In this document: positions 1-11,480 of the stretch, one piece after another | Layout of the letters: every line of letters begins with the position of its first letter | Position numbering within the stretch: position 1 is the stretch's first letter | NCBI GenBank assembly: GCA_028534125.1 | Contig: CM052817.1 | Location: 107,696,001-107,760,000, forward strand | Direction: 5' to 3' | Length of the DNA: 64,000 nucleotides | Source: Lama glama | Lineage: Eukaryota | Position numbers and translations under genes: made by a program | Notes under the pieces: model-generated | What the model saw: only the letters and a program-made list of their open reading frames with translations | Databases searched by the model: none | Told to the model about the DNA's origin: nothing

Positions 1-1409
1 ACATTAACCAGTCTTTACATCTAGTCCAACAACCTCATCCGAACATTGCCTATAAACATTCAGGTTTTGAAATACACTTGGAAATGCTTTTGCCATCTTA
101 CTGGTTCCTGCGTTAGTTAATTACTTGACTAAAATTTTGACATGTTCATTTTACATTTGCTAAAAGTTGCAGTTTTACCTTTAAGAAAATTTTACTTTAA
201 TAAACTTTTGACTGCAGGGTCATAGAATTTCCTCTGCTTGACTGTCCTGATTTTACAATTTTGAAACTGTTACTTTCAAGGACTCTCAAAACAGTTACAT
301 AATTTTAAGTACTGAATGTTACCGGTTGATCAACATCTTAAGTTTAGTTTCATCTACTTCTTTAACTTATTAAAAATTATTAGTTGAATTTCAACTTGAA
401 AGGTCTCTGACTCAGAAGGTTTGCTGGTAGGCTGTTTTGCAACCTCGAAACACACATGGTGGGTGAATGAAGTTGTCACAGAAATCTTTTCTCCCACCAT
501 CAATGCCTACGGTTAAATTAGTGCAGCATTTTTTTTTTATCTTAGAAAAGGACCTGTTTATCCTCATGTTTCCAAAGTGCATTTTATTTGTTGATAAAAA
601 TATGCATAATTTTGTACACAGTAAGAAATCTCTATGCATCTTCTTTCCAAAAATGTAATCTGTATTTCTGAGCAATGCTTGTCAAGATTTCTAAAGTTTT
701 TGAGACAAAGAGCTAAAAAAAAAAAAAAAGTAAAGAAAACTTCGCTTGTCGGTGGCTTTAATCACATACTGCAAAATGGCTAGCTAGCTGTGCTATATTT
801 CAAAAGGCAAACTGGGCTGCAGGGAGTGGGCCCAGTCGCTAAATGAGACAGAAACAGCTGTGATTTTGCAAGACGGGCCAACATTTTCTTTAGCTCCAGG
901 ACAACAGACATTATCTGGCTCATAAAGTTCTCTATGTTGTTGGCTCCATTTCTGTTTAGGAGAACAAGGGTTCTTGTTCCATATCCTCGTTTCAGGCCCT
1001 CAGGAGTATTAAAAATTGAGGTCAATGTTATTTTTTTCTTAACCTCAGAGTACTTAAAAAAAAAAAGAACTATGATTCAGAAGTCCTCTGTAACTTTGTG
1101 AGAATACGTTAGGACTAAGCTTGCAAATATCACGTCTTCCCTAGGAGAACTCTGAAATAATTTGCAGCATCTCCCAGGAGAGTCAACCTTCTCTCTCAAT
1201 CCGGTAGCAAGTGACAGTTATAGGACCGTCCCAAGAGTTTTGGTGACAATTGTGGCAGTGCCATTTGCTGCTAGTGATGTGTCATTTCCTTTTTCTTACT
1301 TTATTGTTTGTTGCAAATAGAGATAAAATGCATTGAAAGAGGAGTGACCCAGAGTAGCAAGCGCCTAATTAAGGACATAGGTTACTAATTGAATCTTGAC
1401 TTGAGCTCC

Positions 1410-1525
1410 AGGCTGCCTACAAGTTGCCAGTAGTAACACACCTTCAAGTTGGGACAACCGAAAATGCCTCCACGTATTGTAAACTTGCCCGAGAGACAGA
1501 GTCATCCCTGGTTCAGGTCCATTGG
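1410..1525. mobile_element. MER20-like hAT-Charlie DNA transposon, terminal fragment
   Basis: tgccagtagtaacacacc...gttgggacaaccgaaaatgcctcca...ctggttcaggtccattg follows the MER20 terminal half; homologous to the copy at 8449-8644. Confidence 0.65.
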
Positions 1526-1859
1526 TAGCAAGTCACCCATAATGGGGGAAATCCTTGAATTTTCTGTTGTCTTCTCACATGCAGTTGATGAAGATTTTTC
1601 TCTGTCCAATTCCTCATGTTAGAATGCACTGCTGCATTTTATGGCATCAGTCAAAAGTCCCGAGAGGTTGGTTGATTTGGGGACAGGGGTCTGTGCCTGA
1701 GCAAAGGGACATTCTGGAGGGCTGGCACTTCCAGTCACCAGTCCCTGGACAGGGGCCACCTGGAAAGCGGAAGCTACCTGGAAAATCACACTGGGACCTA
1801 CAGTGGACGGTGAAAGCTAGAAATGGCGGCTCTGGTTACATCTGAGGCAAATATAACCT

Positions 1860-2425
1860 ACGTCTGTTAAATGTCCATCCAATACCCCTCTTCTCCTGGG
1901 GACCAGCCCCCAACCCCGACCTCACATCACCTCTGCCTGAGCCTCCCAGTGGTAGCTGGGAGACTCAGTGATGCACATGTGACCTCACTGGGCAAAGCCC
2001 AGCCTCTCAAGTCAGCTGTTTGCTGTCACAATCGATTGGATCAGAATTGAACCCTTGACCTCACTGGCTCAATCAGAAAGCTCACCTCAGAATTCTAGAA
2101 CTGAAAAGGAGGAAAACCAGGGCTGTAGTAATAAAGGGCGATGTTCTGGAGATCTCAGTCAGGCTTCCTCTGGTGAGATGGATGAAGCTGATGCAGAGGA
2201 AGCGAGGAGAGATGGAAGGGGACCCCAGAAGTGCTGACGGGAGGAGGGGCAGCTGGTGCCTGGGGGTCGGTCCCCTGCTCCTGTCACGTTAGCTGCCCTG
2301 GAGGTGAGTTCCAAGTCTTGGTCTTTTGCAGTGGCTCGGTGCCCTTTGTTAATTCACCTTTTTGCTTCAACTTAATCTTGGCTGGTTGTTTCTGATACTT
2401 GCAATAAACAGAAAATTGATTGGCA
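1860..2425 (+). mobile_element. Ancient ERVL/MaLR-class LTR remnant (LTR16/LTR33/MLT1K-like)
   Basis: Ends in tttgcttcaactt...ggttgtttctgatacttgcaa, typical of old ERVL/MaLR LTR 3' ends; internal cacatgtgacc and gattggatcag...tgacctca motifs. Confidence 0.5.
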
Positions 2426-3823
2426 TCTAAGGCACGGAGGTCTTTTTCCAATGCCAGGCTCAGAAAGCACACCTCGATGTCTTCCTGTGACCGGTGAAGA
2501 TGTTCACGTCTCGCCTGTTCCCCCCACTTCTTTCCTTCACAATCCAACTTCTAAAACACCGATCATCGTCCTCCCGTGAGTAACCTTCTCACGCCTTGAC
2601 AGCCGGCATCCGCCTGTCACAGGTGCCCCGCTGCTGTGTGCGAATGGCCTCCCTGCCCTCCATCAGCTACAGCGTCCTCATTCCCAAGGTCTTTCTGTTT
2701 CCTCGCTCATCTCTTTGCTGACTGGCTTCTGCATCAGATGCTTTGTACCGACTTACTCATGAGTCCCACGTCCACTGAGACTTGCTCATGTGTGAGTAAC
2801 GCTGTTTTGTTACTTCTATAAACAACAGACTGGTGACACGAAGGTTGGATTTCATACTTTTTTTTGGAAACAAAATGCCCTTGGAAGTCTGTAGACATTG
2901 CAAGTCTATCAGTTGGCATTGAACACTACAGATAAGACTTCAGAGGCCAGCCTGCACTTTTTTCTCCTTCTAACTTGTGGGTGATTTGTTTTTCCAGTTT
3001 TGGAACACACTGGATTCTTTTTTTATCTTTTAATTTTTAACACATTCTCAGGACATGTCTTAAAGTTGGTCATTCTACATCAGGTTTTCCCCAAATACAA
3101 CAGAGTCAACGTATTTACATTTCCATATACTCATTTCAGGAATATTTTTACAATATATATTTGAATTTTTTTTGGTTCTATTTGTTCTGTTTTCAGATAA
3201 AGAGATATTTATTATGCATGTATGGAATTGGCCTCTGAACAACTGTGTTTTCCTTTTTTGCTCATTTTTCTATATTTTTTCTTTACCAAACGTACTGTTT
3301 TCTAAAGTGTTTTCTTTATATATCTGCCTTTATGTCCTCAGTATCTTTTCTACTTACTGTTTCTGATTAGTCTTAATTCTGCTAGTACATGTATCTTCAA
3401 ATTTCTTTTTAGAAAGTTCAGCTTTCACCTTTTGCTGCTTTATTAACACTTCATTTATTTTTAAAACCTGTTTTTTCAAAGGGTTTTAAAATTTTTCTTT
3501 GAGACTGTAGGAAATAGTTTCTGAAAGTCTTCAAATTAAATTCAAATCCAATAAAGGTAAAATTTTGTCTCCTCAGTCCCGCACAAGCAGCGTTTCAGAA
3601 GCGGGGCAGCCGCAGGTGCTTAATGGAAAGTGTATTCTCATGTCAGCTCGCACAGATGGACAACGTTTCCATCACGTAGGAAGTCTGTCTGCCGGTGGTG
3701 CTGGAGGAACACAGGCTGTCCTGTGTGTTTCTGGGGGCGGTCCTCAGAAGCGCCTGCTGTTCCCTGACGTTCCCCCTGTACCTTACCTGCCAGGCAACAC
3801 ACTGAGGTTAGCGTTTTGCTCTC

Positions 3824-4205
3824 TGTCTTTGACAGCTCGGGCTGCCATAACAATACGCCATAGACTCAGTGGCTTTGACCACAGGGGTTTTCTTTTCACC
3901 ATCTTGGAGACTGGACGTTCAAAAGCCAGATGCCAGCGTGGCCAGTGTCTGCAGAGGGCTCTCTTGTTGGTTGCAGATGGCCACTTTCTTACTGTGTCAT
4001 CACATGGCCTTCCCTGGGTGTGTGCAGGTGGAGAGAAGCGGCCAGCTCCTGGATATCTCTTCTTCTAAGGGCACTAATCCCACCATGAGGGCACCACCCT
4101 TGTGACCTCATCTGAACCTCCCAAAGTCCCCATCTGCAAATGCCATCACAGTGGCATTGGGGCTTCAACACATGGACTTTGGGTGACACAGCTGAGTCTA
4201 TGGCA
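3824..4205 (-). mobile_element. MLT1A-type MaLR LTR (3' LTR)
   Basis: tgtc...gggctgccataacaa...catagactcagtggctt...ggcactaatcccaccatgaggg...gggcttcaacacatgga...tatggca; homologous to the + strand copy at 52785-53171. Confidence 0.9.
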
Positions 4206-4470
4206 CAAGCCCTTTGACACTCATGTCCTTGCACACCAAATACATGAATTCCATGCAAACAGCGCCCCAGATATTAAATTGTTTCTGCATCAGTTCTGAA
4301 GTCTAAAGTCCAAAACTCCATCTAAGTGTCATCTAAGTCACCTATGCAGAAGACAAGGTACAATTTGTCCTGAAGCAAAATTCCTCTCCAGCTGTGAACC
4401 TGGGAAACCAGACTGGTTATATGTGTCCAGAATACAGCAATGGGACAGGAATAGGATGACCATTTCATTT
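4206..4470 (-). mobile_element. MLT1 internal sequence adjoining the LTR
   Basis: ctcatgtcctt...aagtctaaagtccaaa...tcctgaagcaaaattcctctccagctgtgaacctg...tgggacaggaatagga matches MLT-int next to the 3' LTR. Confidence 0.8.
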
Positions 4471-4860
4471 AAATGTTCAGAAGGACTGAAGGGCACACAC
4501 ACATAGAACAATAGATCCAGGTAAAGAGATAAACTGTCTTCTTCCTTTATTTTTTAAATTAAAAAACTTTTATTGACGTATAGTTGATTTACAATGTTTC
4601 AGGCGTACATCAAAGTGATTCAGTTGTACATGTGTATACTCTTTCTCAGATTCTTTACCATTATATGTCACTACGAAATATTGAATAGAGTTCCCTGTGC
4701 TGTACAGTAGGTCTTCGTTGTTTTTCTGCTTTATATATAGTAGTTTGTATCTGCTAATCCCAAACTGCTAATTTATCCCTCCCCCACCCCTTTCCCCTTC
4801 GGTAACCATGCTTGTTTTCTATGTCCGTGAGTCTGTTTTAGTTTTGTAAATAAATTCATT

Positions 4861-4904
4861 TGTGACACTTCTTAGATTCACTTGTGTCACTTCTTAGATT
4901 CACT
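4861..4904. repeat. 22-bp tandem duplication inside the L1
   Basis: tgtgacacttcttagattcact / tgtgtcacttcttagattcact, 1 mismatch. Confidence 0.9.
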
Positions 4905-5031
4905 TACAAATAATATTGTATATTTGTCTTTCTCTGTCTGACTTACTTTACTTAGAATGATGATCTCTAGGTCCATCCATATTGCTGCAAATGGCATTGT
5001 TTCATTCTTTTTTATGGCTGAGTAGTATTCC

Positions 5032-5033
<2 letters not shown>

Positions 5034-5067
<34 letters not shown>

Positions 5068-5077
5068 CACACACACA
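5034..5077. repeat. (TG)n followed by (CA)n microsatellite
   Basis: About 15 TG units, then ta and a short CA run, read directly. Confidence 0.95.
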
Positions 5078-6729
5078 ACTTTTTTATCCAATCATTTGTC
5101 TATAGACATTAGGTTGTTTTCATGTCTTGGCTATTGAAAATAATGCTGGGGTGCACGTGTCCTTTTGAATTTTTTTCTTTAATGAACAGGCTGATTTCTT
5201 TTCACAGTTGCTTATAACCTGAGTGATTTAGTGTTATCAGAATTGAAGCTTTGCACTCCGGTTGGGGTGCCCCAAACCATGAGATTAAACCTGTAACAGG
5301 TTTTTCTGGGCCAACTAGCTTTGAGCTGGTGGTGATGGTTACAGAATTTATTTACTAATTTGCTTTCTTTAAGGCCTTATTTACTCATTCATGTAACAAA
5401 TATTTCTTGACTGCCAGCTATGCGTGTGGCCCTGCCTTAGACCTCAGGGTCCAGCAGGAGAAAATAAAGGAACACAGCCTCCTTCAGCAACCTCCCCTTT
5501 CAAATATTCACTCGGGAAACTGTAAAAGTTCTTACCTATCTACATGTGGTGTGACAGAGCTCAGGCACTGGCTAAATTTTTTTCATACATAAGAAAAACT
5601 GATTTTATATAGTGTTCCCTTAGCCTTCCCTTTCTTTCCTTCAAATGTTCCTATTAAAAAAAGAAACATTGTTCTTCAGCTATATTTGTGAACAGAATCC
5701 AACTGTCTTGCGTATCATCTCAAATATCCCTCACGATAGCTCCAGCCAATGCATTTTATTGTCAGGAATTGCGTGTTTTGTGCAGCTTACGTTCTGTTCT
5801 TCTTCGATCTTATCTTTGGTAGGAAAAAACTCCTCGTATAAATCATGACAAGGACTCCAGAAGGAAAGAGCTTGGATTTTTGCCCATCTGGGTAGTGTAC
5901 TGGCAGATCAAGGAAATGGTCTAAAAGCAATATTTAAAGAGCATATTTGGCAAAATGTACTGCCCTGAAAGGAATGGATGACTGTTTTTTTTTTTTTTTT
6001 GGAGAGAAAGAGTAAAGGGAACCATGCAGCCGAGTTCACGAAGCCAGACTCCCTACGCCCACCTCCTCCTGTTGCCGCAGTTCCCTTCCAGTGCCCTCAG
6101 TGTCTCAGATCTCCGTCTCCATTATCAGCTGTCTTCTCTTTACATTTTGTTTTTAGTGCTTTGCAGAATTGCTACCTTCTATTTTATTTTCACAGCAATG
6201 CCTGACTCTTGGAATACCCTTCTGACACAGCCAGCCATTCCATCCTTGTAAAACCTGCAGTGTTTCCTCCCCTTTCCCACGAGTGCTGCCTTATCCCCTC
6301 TTTCTCTGAGACGCAGAGATGCAGCTTTGCTATTCTGTCCTGCCCTCCCCTCCTTCCCTAAGGCTTTCTCCTCCCTTCCCTCTTTTGTTGCTCTCCAGAA
6401 ATTCACAGCTTTGCTTCACCACCTGGGACGCTGACAACTCAGTCAGCCTTGCCTTACTGCACACTTCCACGAACCTCTTGCTTGTCTCATCTTTCAGCTC
6501 TTTAAAAGTTCCTTGCATAGGTATTGGGCACCATTTATATCGACCGAAGGACCACGAGGTAAAGGAAGAGGCAAGTAACGGGTTGAATGACACCCTTGGA
6601 GATCTGGTCATTACTGAAGCTCCTCTGGTACAGATTTTTCATTTATATTTTGAAAATGATGACACGTGCATTCTAGAGAGTTGTAACATGAAGCAATATG
6701 GTAGACCTCCCAATTTAATAGCGACAGTT

Positions 6730-6925
6730 ACCCATATCAGGTTCACACGCTGGGGCTGGTGCGATGCCATATGCTTCAAAGATATGATCTACCTTAGTTC
6801 TCTTGACTCCCTCTGACAAACGAGAAAACCAAAGGATGGAGGAGTGAATAATTCATCTAAGAACAAACAGCCAGGAAGTGACACCCTGAGACTCATCTCC
6901 AAATCTGCTTGACTTCACTACTTAT
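6730..6925 (-). mobile_element. MIR SINE, degenerate
   Basis: tgacaaacgagaaaaccaaagg...aacagccaggaagtgaca...tctgcttgacttca resembles the MIR core. Confidence 0.55.
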
Positions 6926-7185
6926 GCTCACGGTAAGGAGCCCACACGGCCTTCCCACCCCCTTCCAGAGGCTTCTCCACTCCATCTCTGTGACTCACTT
7001 CCCGGAGGGGATTTGTATCTCTGCACACACCGAGATAAATTGCAGAAACCACGGCCAGGTGTTCAGTGGAAAAACTGACTAATAGACATCTAACTGAGAA
7101 AAAACCAAACCACTCAAGTTTGAAATACCCCTCGCAAGTCTGGTTCTGCTCCCACTTGGGAAATGGTAATGGCCAGTGCTCCCCA

Positions 7186-7680
7186 TGTTGACTGAAATAA
7201 AACGCATCACCGAAAACCTAAGAGTTATGTTTTATTCGGCGTATTTTCTGAGGACTGGAGTCTGGGACACAGCATCCAGATCTCTCTGAAGGACTACTCC
7301 AGAGTGGCAAGGAAGGGCCCAGGATACACAGGAGTTTTTGCAACAAAGACCAGATAGTCAGAGCATTAACAGATTACTGTTAATTAAAGAAAACCAGATA
7401 TTTCAAGTTAAGGAATTTAGCGCTTTTCCACATGTGGGAAGATGCAAGAGTCTGGCCTCACTGAAATCACTCCTTTGATGTGCACCATAGCTGTCTAGGG
7501 CCAGTGTCCTGTGCTTTCCCATCCTGAGTCCCCTCAGGGGCCACCGTTGGGGGTGGCTGCAGAGGCCGGGCTGCCTGCTTGTCTCCATCCTGAGGTCCCT
7601 CCACTCACATTAGCGGCTGATGACTGGATGGCTGCAGCATCCTTTGTTTACTGGTATGTCTGCAATATTTTTCATTCACA
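7186..7680 (-). mobile_element. Complete ERV1-class solo LTR (MER41-like of ungulates), 495 bp
   Basis: TG...CA termini; perfect 4-bp TSD ccca at 7182-7185 and 7681-7684; minus-strand AATAAA near 7225; body matches my recall of ungulate MER41-like LTRs (family name less certain than LTR status). Confidence 0.85.
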
Positions 7681-7698
7681 CCCAGTACCAGTGCTGAC

Positions 7699-8198
7699 NN
7701 NNNNNNNNNNNNNNNNNNNNNNNNNNNNNNNNNNNNNNNNNNNNNNNNNNNNNNNNNNNNNNNNNNNNNNNNNNNNNNNNNNNNNNNNNNNNNNNNNNNN
7801 NNNNNNNNNNNNNNNNNNNNNNNNNNNNNNNNNNNNNNNNNNNNNNNNNNNNNNNNNNNNNNNNNNNNNNNNNNNNNNNNNNNNNNNNNNNNNNNNNNNN
7901 NNNNNNNNNNNNNNNNNNNNNNNNNNNNNNNNNNNNNNNNNNNNNNNNNNNNNNNNNNNNNNNNNNNNNNNNNNNNNNNNNNNNNNNNNNNNNNNNNNNN
8001 NNNNNNNNNNNNNNNNNNNNNNNNNNNNNNNNNNNNNNNNNNNNNNNNNNNNNNNNNNNNNNNNNNNNNNNNNNNNNNNNNNNNNNNNNNNNNNNNNNNN
8101 NNNNNNNNNNNNNNNNNNNNNNNNNNNNNNNNNNNNNNNNNNNNNNNNNNNNNNNNNNNNNNNNNNNNNNNNNNNNNNNNNNNNNNNNNNNNNNNNNN
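7699..8198. other. Assembly gap, exactly 500 N
   Basis: Run of N read directly. Confidence 1.
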
Positions 8199-8730
8199 GG
8201 ACAGTGGAGGTGGCAAATCTAGAGAATGAGGGGTGATACTGACCAGATTGCCAATATAAAGTTTTCAAGAAAGACCATGAGGTTTCTAATCTGAGCAGTC
8301 CGGTTCACGACAGTGCCCTTAACCGAAATGGGAAAGACCAAGTGGGAAACAGTGTTGGTGAATATGAACCAAAAAGAATATTCTGTTTGACAGAAGTCAG
8401 TGTGCATGGGGGTGGAGGTTCAAACATCGGTGAGAGGCGTGGGCTGGGCAGGTCTCCCAGCACCGGTGCTGTGCACGTCTTGGGAGAGATAATAACGTCC
8501 TGGGGTCTGTGGGATGTTCAGCGTCATCTCCGACCTCTGCCTACCAGATGCCAGTGGTTCTGCCTCTTGCTGTGACAGTCAACACACCTCCAGAACTTGC
8601 CAAATGTCCTCCGGGGTAAAACCACCACCCGCTGAGAATGACTGGCTTAGAAACCTAACTTAGGGATTGCTGAAATATAGATGAAATTTTTAAAATCCAT
8701 GAAAGTAGAAGAAATCACCCAGAGACTTTC
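8199..8730 (-). mobile_element. L2 LINE fragment interrupted by MER20
   Basis: aggtttctaatctgagca...gtgcccttaaccgaaatgggaaagac; resumes after MER20 with aaaatccatgaaagtagaagaaatcacccagaga. Confidence 0.6.
8449..8644. mobile_element. MER20 hAT-Charlie element, near full length
   Basis: cag...ctg termini; gggatgttcagcgtcatc...ccagatgccagt...gtgacagtcaa...ttgccaaatgtcc...gctgagaatgactg. Confidence 0.8.
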
Positions 8731-8739
8731 AGTTCCTGC

Positions 8740-10065
8740 AAAATAGTGCATCAAATAAATGCAGAGTTCTTCCACTGTGTTTGAAATGCTTGGTAAAATC
8801 TAACAATAACAAAAATGGAAGACCAAGAACATAAAAAAAAGGAAATACCCAGACAATAGTATGATATGATAATACTGTTCTGATATATCGTATTATTATA
8901 ATATAATGTAATAATACTATTATATGATAGTAATAATAGTGAGGAATGGAACTTAAATCAGTAAACACGCAGCTGCTGTAGCCCTGACACTGGAGGTGGA
9001 CAGAACAGAGCACAGGACTTGAATTTTAATACCTGTGCATGGCTGTACAAGGCAAGGATTAAGGACTCTTCGTGAAAAACGTTCTTTCGTAAAGTCTGGA
9101 CATAGAAACCTGAAAGCTTCAGTGAAAGGTGAACATTAAAAATATCTGATTCTCACCCAGCATTGGACACGGAAGCTCCTGTGTCTGATGTCAGGAAAAA
9201 GGCTACCCTCAGCAATCAGAAGCCAAGCCCATGTCCCATTCTGCTTTGGAGTCTAATGTTGCAGGGTCTGAGGAGACCAGAAGTGCCCAGCTGGGAAATT
9301 AATATACATGGTGGTTCTTGTGATACCCTGCGGATGTACAGAGGCATTAATATTAAAACTTCCTTAGAGGATCATTCTCAGAACCGGTCCACACGTGAGA
9401 CCCCTGCCAAAAACAAGCCCCTCTCAAGGAAGTGCAAAACGTAAAACTGAAATACAAAGAACTCACGCACCATGAAGCAAAAGTTTACAGGAACAAGAAA
9501 TAGGAGAACCATTGCTTTACTCATTTGAAACAATAAGTAAATTGAAGCTGACTATAAATTAGTAATGTGAAAAATGACTAAAACATACATATATATATAT
9601 GAAGAACAAGACACCAGGGGAAAAAGAGAATCGGATGGAATTCTTGACGCAATTATAATAAATGACTGCAAACACAGTGGAAATCCAACAGGAGGCTCTT
9701 GCTTTACAGAAACTGAAGTAACTGGAAGCTAAAGTCGAGGAAATATCACAGATTAAGGTAAATCAACAGTAATGATCAAAGAGAAGTCAAAGATGACTTC
9801 CTTATGGAAGGTAGCATGAAAATAACCCACACCTATTGGTGAGGAGTTCCGAAAGGACAGGACAGAGAGAAGAGAGAAGTGGTAATAATTGAAGGGAAAA
9901 TGCTTACAAACTTCCAAAATTGATCAAAGACACAAATTCTCAAATTAAGGAAAAACAAAGCATAAATCTCAAGCGAGATCATTCACACATTCAGCATAGG
10001 CACAGAGTAGGGAAAGGGCAGAACACTGAAATGAAACAAAGTATCTGAAGAAGAGAGATCATCTC
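8740..10065 (+). mobile_element. Ancient L1M/HAL1-like 5' region and ORF1 remnant
   Basis: A-rich strand; ggagttccgaaagga...gaagggaaaatgcttacaaacttccaaaattgatcaaagacacaaattctcaaatt resembles the L1 ORF1 RRM region. Confidence 0.6.
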
Positions 10066-10162
10066 ATAAAGGGAATAGGGGTAGATGAGAAGAGGAGTAA
10101 GATCCAGTCTGGGGGAACGTCCACAATGAGAGAAGCCGAGTCAAGGGTACCAGGACAACCAC

Positions 10163-10296
10163 TGTAGTCACACTATAATGAACAAGAATCTGAAAAGGAA
10201 TGTATGTGTGTACATGTATGACTGAGACATGATGCTGTGCACCAGAAACTGACATGACATTGTAAACTGACTTCAATAAAAAAAAAGAAAAAAAGA
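10163..10296 (+). mobile_element. Young lineage-specific L1 3' tail
   Basis: tataatgaacaagaatctgaaaagg...gctgtgcaccagaaactgac...attgtaaactgacttcaat plus poly(A); homologous to copies at 14492, 32537, 42732 and 60707. Confidence 0.85.
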
Positions 10297-10424
10297 TACT
10301 CACTGGGAAGGAAAAATGGAGACAAGAGACAGACTGAGGGAATGAGATAAGAAACAGAGACAGATCAGGGCCATGAGTGGGGCACTGTCTCAGCCTTTCA
10401 CGAGAAAACTGTGTTATTTTTGCA

Positions 10425-11480
10425 TACTAATCATTTAATTAAAAATATTGACTAAGTGCCTAATTTATAAATAACAGTTTACAAATTCCTGCTTTCCTGG
10501 AGCTTACATTCCAGTGGGGGAAAGTGGATGATTTCAAAAAAAAAACCCAACAACAAACAATGACATAGTATGTTGGAAGATTGTAAATGGACCAGTAGAA
10601 TTGGAGCAAGTAAGAAGAGAGGAGAGTGCCAGGGATGCCACTTTAAACGGAGTGATTTGGGAAGATCTCAGTGAGGAGGTGATATTTAGGAAGTGCTTGG
10701 AAGCAGCGAGGGATGGAGTCACATCTTTTTGGAAAAAGAGCAGGCAAAGGCCCTGAGGCAATGGCTGCCTCCTGTGTTCTGGGAAGAGCAAGAAGACCAG
10801 CATGACCAGAGCCAAGGGCACCACGGGGACAGCTGGAAGGAACAGTGTCAGAAAGTGAAAGGGCTGTGCCCCATTCTAAGGACTTTCAATTTTGCTCAGA
10901 TTGAAGGATTTAAGGGGTGACACCATCTTGCTTCCCTTTTAATGGGCTCACCCTGGTTGGCGTGTGGAGAGCACATTTGAGGGGCAAGAGCAGGAGCAGG
11001 AAGGCCATCCAGGGCCGTGGAGTGATTCAGCGAGCCACGATGATGTTTGGACCACCGTGGGGTAGAAGGAGGTGACTGGATGCCAGACACCTTTGAAGGT
11101 GGAGCTACTGGATTGCACGTGGGTATGAGAGATGCCATGAATGATGACCAGGATGGTGGAGCCTGCAGGTGGATGGGCTTCAGAGTGGAGGGAGAGGCTT
11201 ACTTTTGGGCATTTTAAATTTGAGCTGTCTTAGGCATGATGGCTCCTGAAAAAGAGTAACAGCATAGCTAGAAAACAGAGCTATTTTAGTGCCTTGGAAT
11301 CTAAGAACAAGAAAAAAACAAAACGTGGCACAGAGGAGGGAATGAGCAACTGTGTCCGAGGACCGAGAACTGATCACTTGTTACTGATTCTGAAAATCAG
11401 TTTCATTGGAGGAGTGGGGATGAAAGTCCATTTGGAGTGTTTTAAAAAAAAAATGGGAAGAGAAATTAGAGATGGTATGT
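10425..11480 (-). mobile_element. L2 LINE 3' region
   Basis: tcctggagcttacattccagtggggg...ctcagtgaggaggtgatattt...caaaggccctgaggc...ttttgggcattttaaatttgag. Confidence 0.85.

Larger units (their letters stand above)
4550..5170 (-). mobile_element. LINE-1 3' end (cetartiodactyl-type), 5'-truncated
   Basis: T-rich tail then attgacgtatagttgatttacaatg...tctaggtccatccatattgctgcaaatggc; the ORF track gives MEYYSAIKKNETMPFAAIWMDLEIIILSKVSQ, the L1 ORF2 end. Confidence 0.92.

Noticed and set aside
3565..4068. 167-aa ORF on the + strand
   Set aside because: Second half lies in the MLT1A LTR; no recognisable domain
6319..6816. 165-aa ORF on the + strand
   Set aside because: Low-complexity start, runs into a MIR, no recognisable domain or clear splice context
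7511..8268. Long ORFs of 198-241 aa, and similar ones at 29759-30299
   Set aside because: Artefacts of translating through N gaps
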